Source of the DNA: Octopus bimaculoides
Lineage: Eukaryota
Length of the DNA stretch: 63,629 nucleotides
Direction of reading: 5' to 3'
Assembly (NCBI RefSeq): GCF_001194135.2
Contig: NC_068998.1
Coordinates: 35,966,827-36,030,455, forward strand
Part shown: piece by piece, positions 1-11,336 of the stretch
Layout: each line of letters starts with the position of its first letter
Numbering within the stretch: the first letter of the stretch is position 1
Notes under the pieces: model-generated
Told to the model about the DNA's origin: nothing
Database searches by the model: none
Seen by the model: the letters and a program-made list of their open reading frames with translations, nothing else
Position numbers and translations under genes: made by a program

Positions 1-332
1 GCCCTGCTTCTCACATGGACAACTGTATGTTGGCTGCTCAAGAGTGGGCAGCAACAAAAAACCTATTTGTATATGCTCCACAAGGGAAAACAAGGAACAT
101 AGTTTACAATGAGGTGTTATAATCACAACAGCAAGAAAGTATGTACATGATCACCTTCTTTTACGAAACTTCATTGACTTTCATATATTTATATTGATAT
201 ACATATATATACGTGTGTTTGGGTGCGTGTGTGTATATACATCTCTATATATAAAGATGATGCGTAGTCTAGACGGCGTTTTTAGATTTCATTATTCTCT
301 TTAACCCGGGCAACGCCGGGTATTTCTGCTAG
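1..332 (+). mobile_element. Helitron 3' end: C-terminus of Rep/helicase ORF (one +1 frameshift), subterminal hairpin and CTAG terminus
   Basis: Translates as PCFSHGQLYVGCSRVGSNK/NLFVYAPQGKTRNIVYNEVL*, the PIF1-like Helitron helicase end, with an extra A in the run at 56-61. Hairpin cccgggcaacgccggg at 305-320, then CTAG at 329-332 followed by T. Confidence 0.9.
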
Positions 333-719
333 TATATATATATATATAAAGTTGCTTATGGCTTTTTTCAGTCTGCAGAGAAATGACTAAAATTTGCCGT
401 GCTTATAGTTATGCCATATGTTACGTATATATTATATCATACCTTGATACTGAGTAGACTAAGATCCCCGTTGACTTAAAGCTGTTTCTAGTAGTCATTA
501 TAGATTCATTATTGATTAGTCAACCCAATTGGCCCATTGATCGTTTGAGAAAAATTGAACGACCTAATGCTACTTTCGTCAGAATCATTTCTGGTTATAA
601 CAAAGCAGAAGTGAAGGAAGGGTATCAGTATGGGGAGGAAAGACGCTTTTTTATTTTTTCATTATTTTGAGGTGACATGGCTTTCTCTCTTTAGCTACAC
701 CTCTGAAATTGCAATTTGT

Positions 720-1440
720 ATTTATAACATTTTCCTGGTCTTATTTTCTCGTCTTTCTCGGAGACGGCTACTCTCTCTCTCCTGCGGAGTGCATATATGG
801 AGTTCAGGGCATGTGGAACTGGAACGATCGATAATAGATCCCGTTACATAACAGCACATGTAACTTTGCCAGCCTGAAGCTTGAAAGGGTCCACCAGGCA
901 GAAATATCACTCGCTTGAGTGGTCAGTGGCTTTTTGCCAAAATTTTTAAGGCAGTGATTTTCATGGCTCACTTTTACCTTCTGTAGTATCCTAATAAAAG
1001 GCAAAATGAAATTGATATTAAGAAGAAATTAATTAGTTTTACACATGATTAATGTATTTATTTCATATCTTATGTATTTTTGTATAACACTGGAAATTAG
1101 ATTAAAAAAAAAAAACAATAATGTAAATTTTGAAATTCTAAAATTTGCCATAATATAAAATTCCACTATTCAAACAAACAAAACTTCACGAATTCTTCAT
1201 TTTTCTCTGCTCGCAGGTGAAATGGGGTGCCGCAGATTTATTTTGATTCCCCACAACCATACTGATATATGCCCTGTAGGCCTCACATATTTTAGTGGAT
1301 GCTACCACAGGGTAACATTTCGCTCTTGTCTTAATAAATTGGCCACAGACATAGCCAAGAATGTCTTTCAGCTTCTTAACGGCATTCCTGATAAATGAGG
1401 ATAGGATGATGCATTTTAGCACAGTCATGCCTTTTGGCAT
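720..1440 (-). mobile_element. Decayed CMC/Chapaev-3-like DNA transposase N-terminal region with an intron; element probably extends right to about 2072
   Basis: Segment about 1390-1209 reads GYVCGQFIKTRAKCYPVVASTKICEAYRAYISMVVGNQNKSAAPHFTCE. After a ttttattag acceptor (AG ends at 991) it continues as WQK.TDHSSE*YFCLVDPFKLQAGK...IVPVPH.PELHICTPQER, with stops and frameshifts. Family name is recalled from the motif. Confidence 0.7.
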
Positions 1441-1556
1441 CGCTGATACGACGCTGACTTATTTGACATGAGACGTTTTAATGTTTCTCTCGTTCATTCC
1501 CTCTCCTCTTTCTCTTTTTCTGTGTGAGTGACTAGTTATATTGTATGCATGTGTAA

Positions 1557-1558
<2 letters not shown>

Positions 1559-1618
<60 letters not shown>

Positions 1619-1620
1619 GA
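1559..1620. repeat. (CT)n/(CTAT)n microsatellite
   Basis: Direct inspection. Confidence 0.95.
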
Positions 1621-3799
1621 GCTATCAACTTCTATCTATCGCTCTCTCGCTCTCACTCTATCAGTATGTGTATATTTCTGCACTAGCGCGTGTGTGCGTG
1701 TTTGCCTCTAGCGCCAAAACAGATTGAATGTCCTGTCAGCCGTGCCAAAATTATTAGTGTTATAAGTATCATAAATAGTATTTATAATACTATTATATAA
1801 CTGAAAAGTTCCGGAAAATTATAAAAATTTATTGAGACTTCTCCATAGTTCGAGAAACTTCTTTTTTAGCCACTCAGCACCGAACTCATCTGGAATGTTC
1901 TAGAAAATTGTTAAATTTCAAAATATCATTACCGAAGTCACAAAGTCACGAAGGCAAAGTTTGACGAGGATAATAACCATTACATGCGCATTTTAGATGT
2001 ATGGAATAAGGTAATAGCATTTACTTTGGAGGAAAATATTAGAAAAAGGAAACATTTTTGTTTTACATTATGTAATTTCGCTGAGGTTTAGACATTTTAT
2101 TTCCTGCGTGTTCAGAACAAATACAATGTTGTCACTTACTTGCCAATTGTTAAAAAAGAAAAAAAAGAAAAAAAAGAAAAATAATAAGAATAAATGTTTA
2201 TGGAGCTAAAGCAAAAAGACCAAAAAACTGACAGAAATGTGTCTTGTAATAAAACACTAATTAAATAGCAATTTAAATCTATACAAGCACAGGTGTAACT
2301 GACAACAATTGCATGTGAGGATTCCTGCTAATTCTGCTTCTTGAGAATTATGTTAATGTTACATGTGTGTCTGTGAAATATATATATAGCCACTTGGCTA
2401 GTTGATAAATCGATTGGCCGCTCATAGAATGCTCTCGACGGTAGAGCCCACCCTCACCACCATCTATCACCACCACCACCACCATCATCATCGACGTCGT
2501 CATCGTAATCCTCACCATCATCTTTGTCATTGTCATAGATCTCATTGTCTTTTAAGAAAGCTTCGTTATTGGCAATTGCTCTATCATAACTTAAGTGTGT
2601 AGTCATTTTTATACATTCTCCATGATCCAAATGCTGGGAAAAGTATCTTAGAAAAACATAGAACCTATTATATCAATAACACAGATGTTGTCGTAGTTGT
2701 GATATACCTGTGAAGGCTATCAGAAACATGGAAAGGAAAAAGTCTGGATGATTATTTCATTCTTCAGACAAGATGATTGTTTAGTTTGGAGATATAAGAG
2801 AATATGTTTAATTAAAAGAAGGTGACATTGTCGTCAGGGGATCCCATGTTGATTTACAAGTGAACATAAAAAACATGGAAAATGAACTTATATATATATA
2901 TATATATATATAATATAATATAGGATAAAATCTTTATAAGAATTTATCAAGTAATCAGCGTGAAAAAACCTCATAATGAAAAAAAATTCATCATTTTTTT
3001 TCCATAAATATATATAATTTATATAAGGGCATTAACTATATAGTAATGCCTCACGCTCAGAGGGACTAAATAAGTCAAAAACTACCAAAAAATAAGCAAC
3101 ATATATATATACACATATCTATANNNNNNNNNNNNNNNNNNNNNNNNNNNNNNNNNNNNNNNNNNNNNNNNNNNNNNNNNNNNNNNNNNNNNNNNNNNNN
3201 NNNNNNNNNNNNNNNNNNNNNNNNNNNNNNNNNNNNNNNNNNNNNNNNNNNNNNNNNNNNNNNNNNNNNNNNNNNNNNNNNNNNNNNNNNNNNNNNNNNN
3301 NNNNNNNNNNNNNNNNNNNNNNNNNNNNNNNNNNNNNNNNNNNNNNNNNNNNNNNNNNNNNNNNNNNNNNNNNNNNNNNNNNNNNNNNNNNNNNNNNNNN
3401 NNNNNNNNNNNNNNNNNNNNNNNNNNNNNNNNNNNNNNNNNNNNNNNNNNNNNNNNNNNNNNNNTATATATATATATATATATAGTTCAAAAAAACAAAA
3501 AAACAACAAAGTGAGGACGTGATATGGATAGTATTATTGGACGCTCAGGAAAGGAAAGAGAGAGTATGTATGTATGTATAATATTGTTCATCCTGTTTAC
3601 TAATCATATTTGTTTTTAACATTTGATAGCTATGTTTTCAAGATGCTCAACCGTTAATATGTATTTTCTAGAGCCTTAGGTCTTTCGTAAGTTCATGGCT
3701 TGTTTATAGGCACCTTGCAGCACAGTAATTCACTACAGTTCACCGTTTAGAAGAAAGATATCTGTGGTTAGTCGTTCTTTTGCATCGCAGCACATAAGA

Positions 3800-4170
3800 G
3801 AGTGATCAAACGAAATTGATTTACAAATTCTAATTACGCTGAAGGCCACAGAGCCATAACTGAACTTTATAATACAAGGTAGAAACCTAATTGTTGCATT
3901 TGTCGTAGTAAAAATCATCCTACAGCCGGATGACAAGAAGATCTAGAAAGACTAAAAGAGAGAAACAAAGAGAGAAACAAAATTAGTGATCAACTGAAAC
4001 ATCAAAAAAGACAACAAGCTCAATTTCCTGACTACTATCAAACAATACTCAGGAATGGCAAAAGAAATTAATTTATGTCCAGTATTAGAAATAGACGAAC
4101 GAATATTCCATCCTTTAACAGTATCAGCAGGTAGTATCACATTATTATCATGCAGTGAATAAATAATGGA
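3800..4170 (+). pseudogene. Degenerate retroelement gag zinc knuckle plus possible aspartic-protease remnant
   Basis: CCICRSKNHPTAG* matches CX2CX4HX4C with the last Cys replaced by TGA. It is followed in frame by ...LCPVLEIDERIFHPLTVSAGSITLLS, which loosely resembles a retroviral-type protease start. Confidence 0.45.
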
Positions 4171-4894
4171 TGCAGATGAAAACCTACAAAAATGGAAGAA
4201 GAAAAGACACGACATAAAACAAACAACGAAAACGAGAGGGAAGGAATAATTTTTCTTCTCCGACTCAGGAAAATAATGAAGAAAATGAAAAGAACAAAGC
4301 AGTTAATTATTAGACTAAATTACGTATCTATGGTGCCACGGACTTTTTAAAGAAGTTAAAATAATACAAAAACAATTGGATTCAAAATATAAACTTTCAA
4401 AAAGATGAATCATATGTAAAAATAAAACTAAGCCATAGTTCTAGGATCGTACAATGGAGACGCTTGAGTTTTTCATCACTAAATGTCATTAAAATGTGCT
4501 TATCGGTGCATCTGGTTGCACTCGTATGCAATGTACAATTTCTGAAATGGTTAAACAAACAGGGTTGTAGAGTGCCCTAATCAGTAATCTTTCATTGTTT
4601 TGTTTCCTTCTAATTAGATCTGTTTTTAATTACTGTTTGTTATATCGTACTTGATTTTTATTTATTTTTGTGTAAATATATGTACTTTTAAGTTTTTTAT
4701 GTCTAGTCATATATTATATAACCTCTATGACACTCAACATTTCGTATTTATAAACTTTATTTTTTTACTCCACTTTTTTCTTTGTAATACGTAGTGACAA
4801 TTTCGTTCCTTTTGTTTTTGTCTTGGAACAATCGATTCGTCCCTTCCCCCAAATTTCAGGACTTGTGTGCCTATAGTAGAAAAGATTATTATTA

Positions 4895-5440
4895 TCATTA
4901 TCATCATCATCATCATCATCATTATTATTATTATTATTGAGTGAGAGAGCAGTGCATCCCATCAAAGTGACACTGGGTAAAATATACGAAGCCCATTAAA
5001 CCCATCATGACTACCTGTGTGATAAAGGTACACCAGGCACATGCATCAGAACCATATGTGCGCGATATGGTAATCTCATATCAAAATAAACAGCGCATGA
5101 CCTCGCAGGTGGGGCTCAGTTAGAATTTTCTTCAGGTCGAGTAGCCCATCCCACTCAAAAGGTCCCTGAATAAAGTTTGTTTAAGGATGTTGAGCAAAAC
5201 ACCCATGTTTTCAAAGGTGAATTATTCAAACCCCAAAGAATTCCTCTCAACACATGGCTATGATGCTCCCCCACTACTTCTGCTCATGATGAGAGATGCA
5301 CATATCGTCAGCCACCAAGGGACATGCTCAACTGGTTAAGGTCAAACAGCTGACAAGCAAATCTGTGGTATTTGCTGTAGCCCATCTTTTATACCAAGAC
5401 AAAACAATGTACATGATAACACTTCCAATTAATTAAGATC
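4895..5440 (-). mobile_element. Unclassified retroposon 3' end with (AAT)n/(GAT)n tail
   Basis: About 500 bp of moderate-GC sequence ending on the - strand in an (AAT)/(GAT) tail at 4887-4938. It runs into the gap at 5441. Confidence 0.5.
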
Positions 5441-6261
5441 NNNNNNNNNNNNNNNNNNNNNNNNNNNNNNNNNNNNNNNNNNNNNNNNNNNNNNNNNNNN
5501 NNNNNNNNNNNNNNNNNNNNNNNNNNNNNNNNNNNNNNNNNNNNNNNNNNNNNNNNNNNNNNNNNNNNNNNNNNNNNNNNNNNNNNNNNNNNNNNNNNNN
5601 NNNNNNNNNNNNNNNNNNNNNNNNNNNNNNNNNNNNNNNNNNNNNNNNNNNNNNNNNNNNNNNNNNNNNNNNNNNNNNNNNNNNNNNNNNNNNNNNNNNN
5701 NNNNNNNNNNNNNNNNNNNNNNNNNNNNNNNNNNNNNNNNNNNNNNNNNNNNNNNNNNNNNNNNNNNNNNNNNNNNNNNNNNNNNNNNNNNNNNNNNNNN
5801 NNNNNNNNNNNNNNNNNNNNNNNNNNNNNNNNNNNNNNNNNNNNNNNNNNNNNNNNNNNNNNNNNNNNNNNNNNNNNNNNNNNNNNNNNNNNNNNNNNNN
5901 NNNNNNNNNNNNNNNNNNNNNNNNNNNNNNNNNNNNNNNNNNNNNNNNNNNNNNNNNNNNNNNNNNNNNNNNNNNNNNNNNNNNNNNNNNNNNNNNNNNN
6001 NNNNNNNNNNNNNNNNNNNNNNNNNNNNNNNNNNNNNNNNNNNNNNNNNNNNNNNNNNNNNNNNNNNNNNNNNNNNNNNNNNNNNNNNNNNNNNNNNNNN
6101 NNNNNNNNNNNNNNNNNNNNNNNNNNNNNNNNNNNNNNNNNNNNNNNNNNNNNNNNNNNNNNNNNNNNNNNNNNNNNNNNNNNNNNNNNNNNNNNNNNNN
6201 NNNNNNNNNNNNNNNNNNNNNNNNNNNNNNNNNNATTATTACCTCCACCTTAGTGAAGGCA

Positions 6262-6420
6262 GAGGTATTGTTAACTGCACCGTATGCAGGTCCTTTCCGT
6301 TTTCTTTCACGCACGGATAAATTTTTCACAATAAATAAACCTTAATGGTCATAAAGATGGACTAAAAAAGGCCTTCATAGAGAAAACTGACCCTATTCCC
6401 ACTGCAGACGACACACGCAC
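6262..6420 (+). mobile_element. Ty3/Gypsy integrase C-terminal GPY/F-domain remnant
   Basis: LTAPYAGPFRFLSRTDKFFTINK, then after a frameshift LNGHKDGLKKAFIE, matching the PY.GPF.V.SRT.K.F.I..NG.....DRLK.A pattern. Confidence 0.7.
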
Positions 6421-6479
6421 AGCACTATGTACACAGCCCGCACACCCACCTTTACATTCCATGACTACCATTGGGATCG

Positions 6480-6770
6480 ATCCGGTACTGGACAAGGATT
6501 CTGGATTATTTTTCCGTTTTTTTATTACTTAATTTTTGAGAGCGATCGGGTTCATTTTTAGTATTCTCGTTTGTGAGAGCAGTCCAGTTTATTTCAGATA
6601 TTCTCATTTTAGTAGATCATCTCCGGCTAATCGTTGAGAGAACGTTGATGTTGTCTTGGCGGAGGTTTCGGCTGATATACCCTCCAGGCCTCATCAGGTG
6701 TCTTGGGGAAATTTCGAACCTGGGTTCTCATCCCTAAGGTATTTTTCGATGTTATTATTATTATTTCACT
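6480..6770 (-). mobile_element. Penelope-like element fragment: pseudo-LTR piece joined to a probable N-terminal ORF piece
   Basis: The - strand carries a hammerhead-type core, then LRQDNINVLSTISRR*STKMRISEINWTALTNENTKNEPDR. It lies near a clear PLE RT remnant at 8500-9070. Confidence 0.55.
6665..6702 (-). ncRNA. Truncated type I hammerhead ribozyme core, probably inactive
   Basis: - strand: gacac CTGATGA GGC(C)TG gagggtatat CAGCC GAAAC. The CUGAUGA box, a 5-bp stem II with one bulge and GAAAC are present. The NUH cleavage triplet and the 3' strand of stem I are missing. Confidence 0.55.
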
Positions 6771-6789
6771 GGTCCTGCGCAGTCGATAT

Positions 6790-8488
6790 GTATCTTGGAC
6801 CATGGGCTCTCAGTTTTTGTGCATATCCCTAGTTGTCCGAGAGTACTGGCGGAAACATTTTAATGATTTTATCTTTAACTCTTCAGACGAATTATTTTTA
6901 GAGGGTCAACTGTTTATGTTTTTATAACAGAGATTTATAGGGAGGTCCCATAAATCGAATAATTCTAACCAATCGGTACGAAACAGATCGGTTGCATTTT
7001 TAACGACGAAGACTTTTGCCTTGAATGTTTTCCCTCGAAATGTGACATTAGTCCACATTTTACCTATGAAATGTAATTTGTCACGTGTTACGCTATGAGC
7101 AGATTTCGCTGTTTTTCTCAAGATAGGTTTACCTATTTTCTTCCATGTGTCCATATTTATTATTGAAATATCACTTCCAGTATCCAATTGAAGTTTAATA
7201 TGTATTCCATTTATTTTTACGTGTACTAATTTTCTTATTTGGGAGTCAATTTTTGCTTCTGCTGAGAGCACTCTAGGATTTTTAACGTTTGACCTTCATA
7301 ATTTTGTTCTGCAGTCTTTGGACACTCTTTTGCAACTGTAACATTTTTGACTTTTAAATGGACAGTCTTTTCTGAAATGTATTCCCCACATCCATAACAG
7401 GGATTAGGACGTGGTGCTCTTTATTGGTTGTAATTTTCCGGTTGGCATTTCTGTATTTTTAAGGAATCCTTTTCTTGAAATTTTTTCTACATTGGGTTTC
7501 AGGTTTACCATCCTTTGGTATTATTCTGCCACAGACTTGGTTCGCTTGTTCCAATTTAAAAAGAATTCTTGCCGAATTCCTGTATCTTCGCTTGCTGTAA
7601 GGCCTTGTACAAAAATAAAACACTTCAACATCTCAGGTGTAAGTTCTTTGAGTTTAAAACTTTCACACATCCTGTTGACTGTTCCTGCATATGTGATAAA
7701 ATCATCATTCTCTTCTTTCGTTATATTCCAACACTCCATTCGAGTGTTAAATAGAGATGTTTTTAGCACCGAATATGTTAGACAGTAATTCTATTATTTC
7801 TTTAAAACAAATTTCATTGGGATTTTGGGGCAATATGAAATTACAGTAATGTTCGTGCTCTAACGGACCTAATTTTCGTAATAATAATATCACTTTTTGT
7901 TCGTCCGACCATGATTTTCTATCTTGCTTATAATCTCCTCGTACCTTCTGTAGTACGATGTAGTTATTCCCTCCTCTGGATTATAACTGAATTCATTGGA
8001 AACGCCGTCTGGTGAAAATGAGCTCACCTTCTTTTTGGACTTCTTTGAATATAGCTCCATTAATTGTTGTTGCTGTAATAGGTGCTTCTGCAACTCCTGT
8101 TGCTACTCTTATTGTTGCTTTTGCAACTGTACTTTGGAAGCTAATAGGTCTTCCATTATTTAGCAAGCTGTATCACGAACAAATTGTTAAATAACCTACG
8201 TGAGCTTCGAAACCCTCATGGCCAGAATATTGTAACGTAATTTGCTTCGTACAATAAATAAGATAACCAGGCAACAGTAAAAACAATGTAACGAACTAAC
8301 AAATCTCTTTATGAACCAACAAACAATATTCCTTGTGAACTAACCAACCAACACCTTCCGACTTCACTGCGAACTAACACGACCTTCACTCGACTCCGAA
8401 CTCTGAACACACTCGAATCGTTACTACTATTTATACTTTACTCAGACCAGTCTATCTCTTGCAAGGGGGCGTCATAACTCTCATCACA
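6790..8488 (-). mobile_element. 5' half of a Ty3/Gypsy LTR retrotransposon (LTR, PBS-like site, decayed gag, zinc knuckles, protease), truncated at the start of RT
   Basis: Protease VKINGIHIKLQLDTGSDISII...LFRTDWLELFDLW (ORF 6906-7271). Knuckles PCYGCGE.HFRKDCPFKSQKCYSC at about 7330-7410. Gag pieces NEFSYNPEEGITTSYYRRYEEI and LKELTPEMLKCFIFVQGLT. PBS-like tggccatgagggtt lies just inside the LTR. Confidence 0.9.
8231..8488 (-). repeat. 5' LTR (258 bp) of the Gypsy element
   Basis: - strand termini TGTGAT...GTTACA, internal TATAAAT, and the PBS-like sequence a few nt downstream. Confidence 0.7.
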
Positions 8489-8499
8489 ACAATAACATA

Positions 8500-9070
8500 A
8501 TTCTTGAAATTTTTATCGAAAAGTTTCTCTTTCTCCTCGTATAGGTTTTCTTCTAAATACAAAAACCACAATCTGGTTAGCATATGAGGGTGAAAATTTC
8601 GTTCTCATAGCTGTGCCCTTTATGTTTATGTTTTAACATCAATGTTGGCCTCAACTTGAGATCAGTGGGTTTTAGTATTTTTATATACAGGTTCTACTGT
8701 TCACTTATTGGTTTGTATTTCTGTGCTTTTGTGAATCTTGGAAACCGTAGAAATTGCTCTCTTGAATTTCAGAGTTACATAAATGGTCTATTTTGTTATC
8801 TGTGAAGGAGTCTTGCTATTGGCTAATGTTCTGACTTTATTCATTATTGGGTTTTTTCTAGATTTTTGTTTCTTTCTTAGAGTAATTTTGGTCTGTTATA
8901 TCTTCCAATATTTTGTCTTTATAATAGTCCCTGTCCATAACCACTATCGCTTCCCTTATCGGTTTATTTTTTAGGATGACTGAGTTGTTCTTCAGTGTTA
9001 GCAAAGTTTCCTTTTATTTTTCTACGAAAGTTTTGTTTGCTTTTACCGGCACTGAGGGGTAATTTTGATT
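8500..9070 (-). mobile_element. Penelope-like reverse transcriptase remnant
   Basis: Frameshifted PLE RT hallmarks in the correct order: DKG.AIVVMDRDYYKDKILE, SNFYG.PKIHKS and IKGTAMRTKFSPSYAN. Confidence 0.8.
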
Positions 9071-9083
9071 GAAATTGTGTTTA

Positions 9084-10005
9084 ATTAGGTTGGCAACTAA
9101 GTTCCCTCGGTTTTTTTAAATTAAAATTTTTTTAAAGGTTTAATAAAAAATAACAACTAATTAATCAATAATGCATTCACTCTTGTTGTTTACAACTTCT
9201 TCCCAACGTTCAACAAGCTTTTCAATACCTCGCTCGTAGAAATCACCCAATTTCGACTCGAAAAATTGATCCAACCAAGCTCTCAATTCTGCATCAGTAT
9301 TGAAGGAAACTCCGCGCATAGCATTTGAAAGAGATCGAAAGAGGAGGAAATCCGTCGGTGCCCAATCAGGAGAGTACGGCGGGTAAGGCAGCACTTCCCA
9401 GCCATGCGTTTGAAAGGCTTCCTTGGTCATATTGGCGATATGAGGGCGGGCGTTGTCGTGCAGCAGAACTCCATGCTGACGATTAGGTCTTTTCTTTTGA
9501 ATAGCCGTGTTGAGTGTTTCCATTTGTTGAACATAGAGTTCCGCGTTGACCGTTTGGTTCCGTTTAAGCAATTCGTAAAGCATAATCCCTTCCCAGTCCC
9601 ACCATACGCACAATATTGTTCTACGCGGATGAAGATCTTGTTTCATGCGCGGTGTTGCTTGTTTACCGGGGCTAAGCCATTCATTACGCTGCTTCATATT
9701 GATGATTGATGTACAGGCACTACTTTTCGTCGCCAGTAACGATTCGGTAAAGAAATTGTTGCTTGTGTCCATGAGTTGAGCGGTGACGAGCAAGCAAACC
9801 AGCGGAGATTGTGGCTCGTTGGTTTTTGTTGTTGTCACTTAAAGCATGCGAAACCCATGCTCCATACTTCTGAACCTTTCCCATCGAGTAAAGATGCTTC
9901 TCTATAGCAGTGTGAGAGCATTCCATTTTCTCTGCCAGTTATCTTGTCGTTTGACGAGAATTTTCGTGCAAAAGTTGGTTTAATCGCTTCTAAATTGAAT
10001 TTATA
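9084..10005 (-). mobile_element. Mariner (DD34D) transposon, 5'-truncated, frameshifted transposase
   Basis: GAWVSHAL...IVTGDEK, then after a frameshift W.LYINMKQR...LLHDNARPH...PYSPDWAPTDFLLF...IEKLVERWEEVV. One TIR (attaggttggcaactaagtt) follows TA at about 9084; the second TIR was not found. Confidence 0.93.
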
Positions 10006-10134
10006 ACTATGTATGCGTATGCAAAAAAATTTGATCCCCTAATTTGAGTTTCTATTTTAATTCTTATCTTTTGTCTCGGGTTCGACCCGAGCACTTCTTA
10101 AGCAGTTCTATATATTTCGTAAGAAATAATAATA

Positions 10135-10335
10135 TTATTTTACTTTGTTTCAGCCATTTGACTGCGGCCATGCTAGAGCACCGCCTTTAGTCGAACAAGT
10201 CGACCCCAGGACTTATTCTTTGTAAGCCTAGTACTTATCCTTTAGGTCTCTTTTGCCGAACTGCCAACGTAAACACGCCAACATCGGTTTTCAAGCAATG
10301 GTGGGGGACAAACACAGACACACAAACATATACAC
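10135..10335 (-). mobile_element. tRNA-derived SINE family A, 3' half
   Basis: Reverse complement of the 3' half of the copy at 53063-53451. Confidence 0.85.
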
Positions 10336-10375
10336 ACACACATATATATATACTTACACCATAGCCACTCCTGCG

Positions 10376-10422
<47 letters not shown>

Positions 10423-10451
10423 TTATTTATTTATATAAATGAAGTTAAGCG

Positions 10452-11336
10452 CAAGTGTTATTCAAATCTTTATTCTTCCGACATATGCTTTGAAGAAAAC
10501 ATTGGTATTATTCCAGAAGGAATAAAATGAGGTAAAACAATGCAATCTTCTCAACCGAATCAGAATAGGGTTTTCAAACTCCAAAAGCCTTTCAAAAGTC
10601 ATCTCTTCGCATAACAATATGTTGTTAAATACAAATCCACTTAATGAAAATAATAACTTTGTTATTATTAACACGAACCATTCTTTGAACAATAACAACA
10701 TTATTAGTATTTCTGATATAAATTCCAATCGCATTCGTTTCCTTAGCAGTAATTCTAAGACTAGAAACTCTGTTTATCAATGTAAAATTGCTTCCGGTTC
10801 TGGCGTAATTTTTTAATATAAGTAGTTCTTCATCTCAGTTGTCCAAAAGAATATCTTCTTGTAAACACGCTTAAAGAACGCGTTTATTGTTGCAAACATT
10901 GGCAAAATATACCTTTAGTTCCTGTAAGTAATTTCTACCAGTCTATCAAATTCGAACTTTAACTGTCTTCTTACATTTCATTTCCACTAAATATATCAAT
11001 TTCCACACCTTTAATCTTTATTCCTATTCACATTTCGCACTATATTTCTCCACTCTTAGTTTTTTGCTAATTTCTTTCTTCCTCCTCCTTCTCTCTATAT
11101 AAATTGCCTTTGACATTATATCTATTAGTGTTTTTTTTTAATAACTTACCAGCATTCCCTTCATCATATATGCAGTAATCACATTCGGTTAAAATGTTTA
11201 TTGATGCGTTTTGTGTCTCTCTTTTTTCTCCTGATGAGAAGATTGCATTGTTTTACATCATTTTATTCCTTCTGGAATAATACCAATGTTTTCTTCGAAA
11301 CTTATGTCGGAAGTATAAAGATTTGAATAACACCTG
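10452..11336. repeat. Inverted repeat pair, about 100-bp arms (10452-10553 and 11236-11336) with about 680 bp spacer
   Basis: gtgttattcaaatcttta...caatgcaatcttctca matches its reverse complement with about 6 mismatches. No target-site duplication is evident. Confidence 0.9.

Noticed and set aside
1085-1092. TAA|CACTG as a Chapaev terminus
   Set aside because: It lies inside the inferred transposase intron, with coding sequence continuing on both sides.
2615-2710. + strand DPNAGKSI...YYINNTDVVVVV resembling GTPase motifs
   Set aside because: The spacing between motifs is far too short and the frame closes at once.
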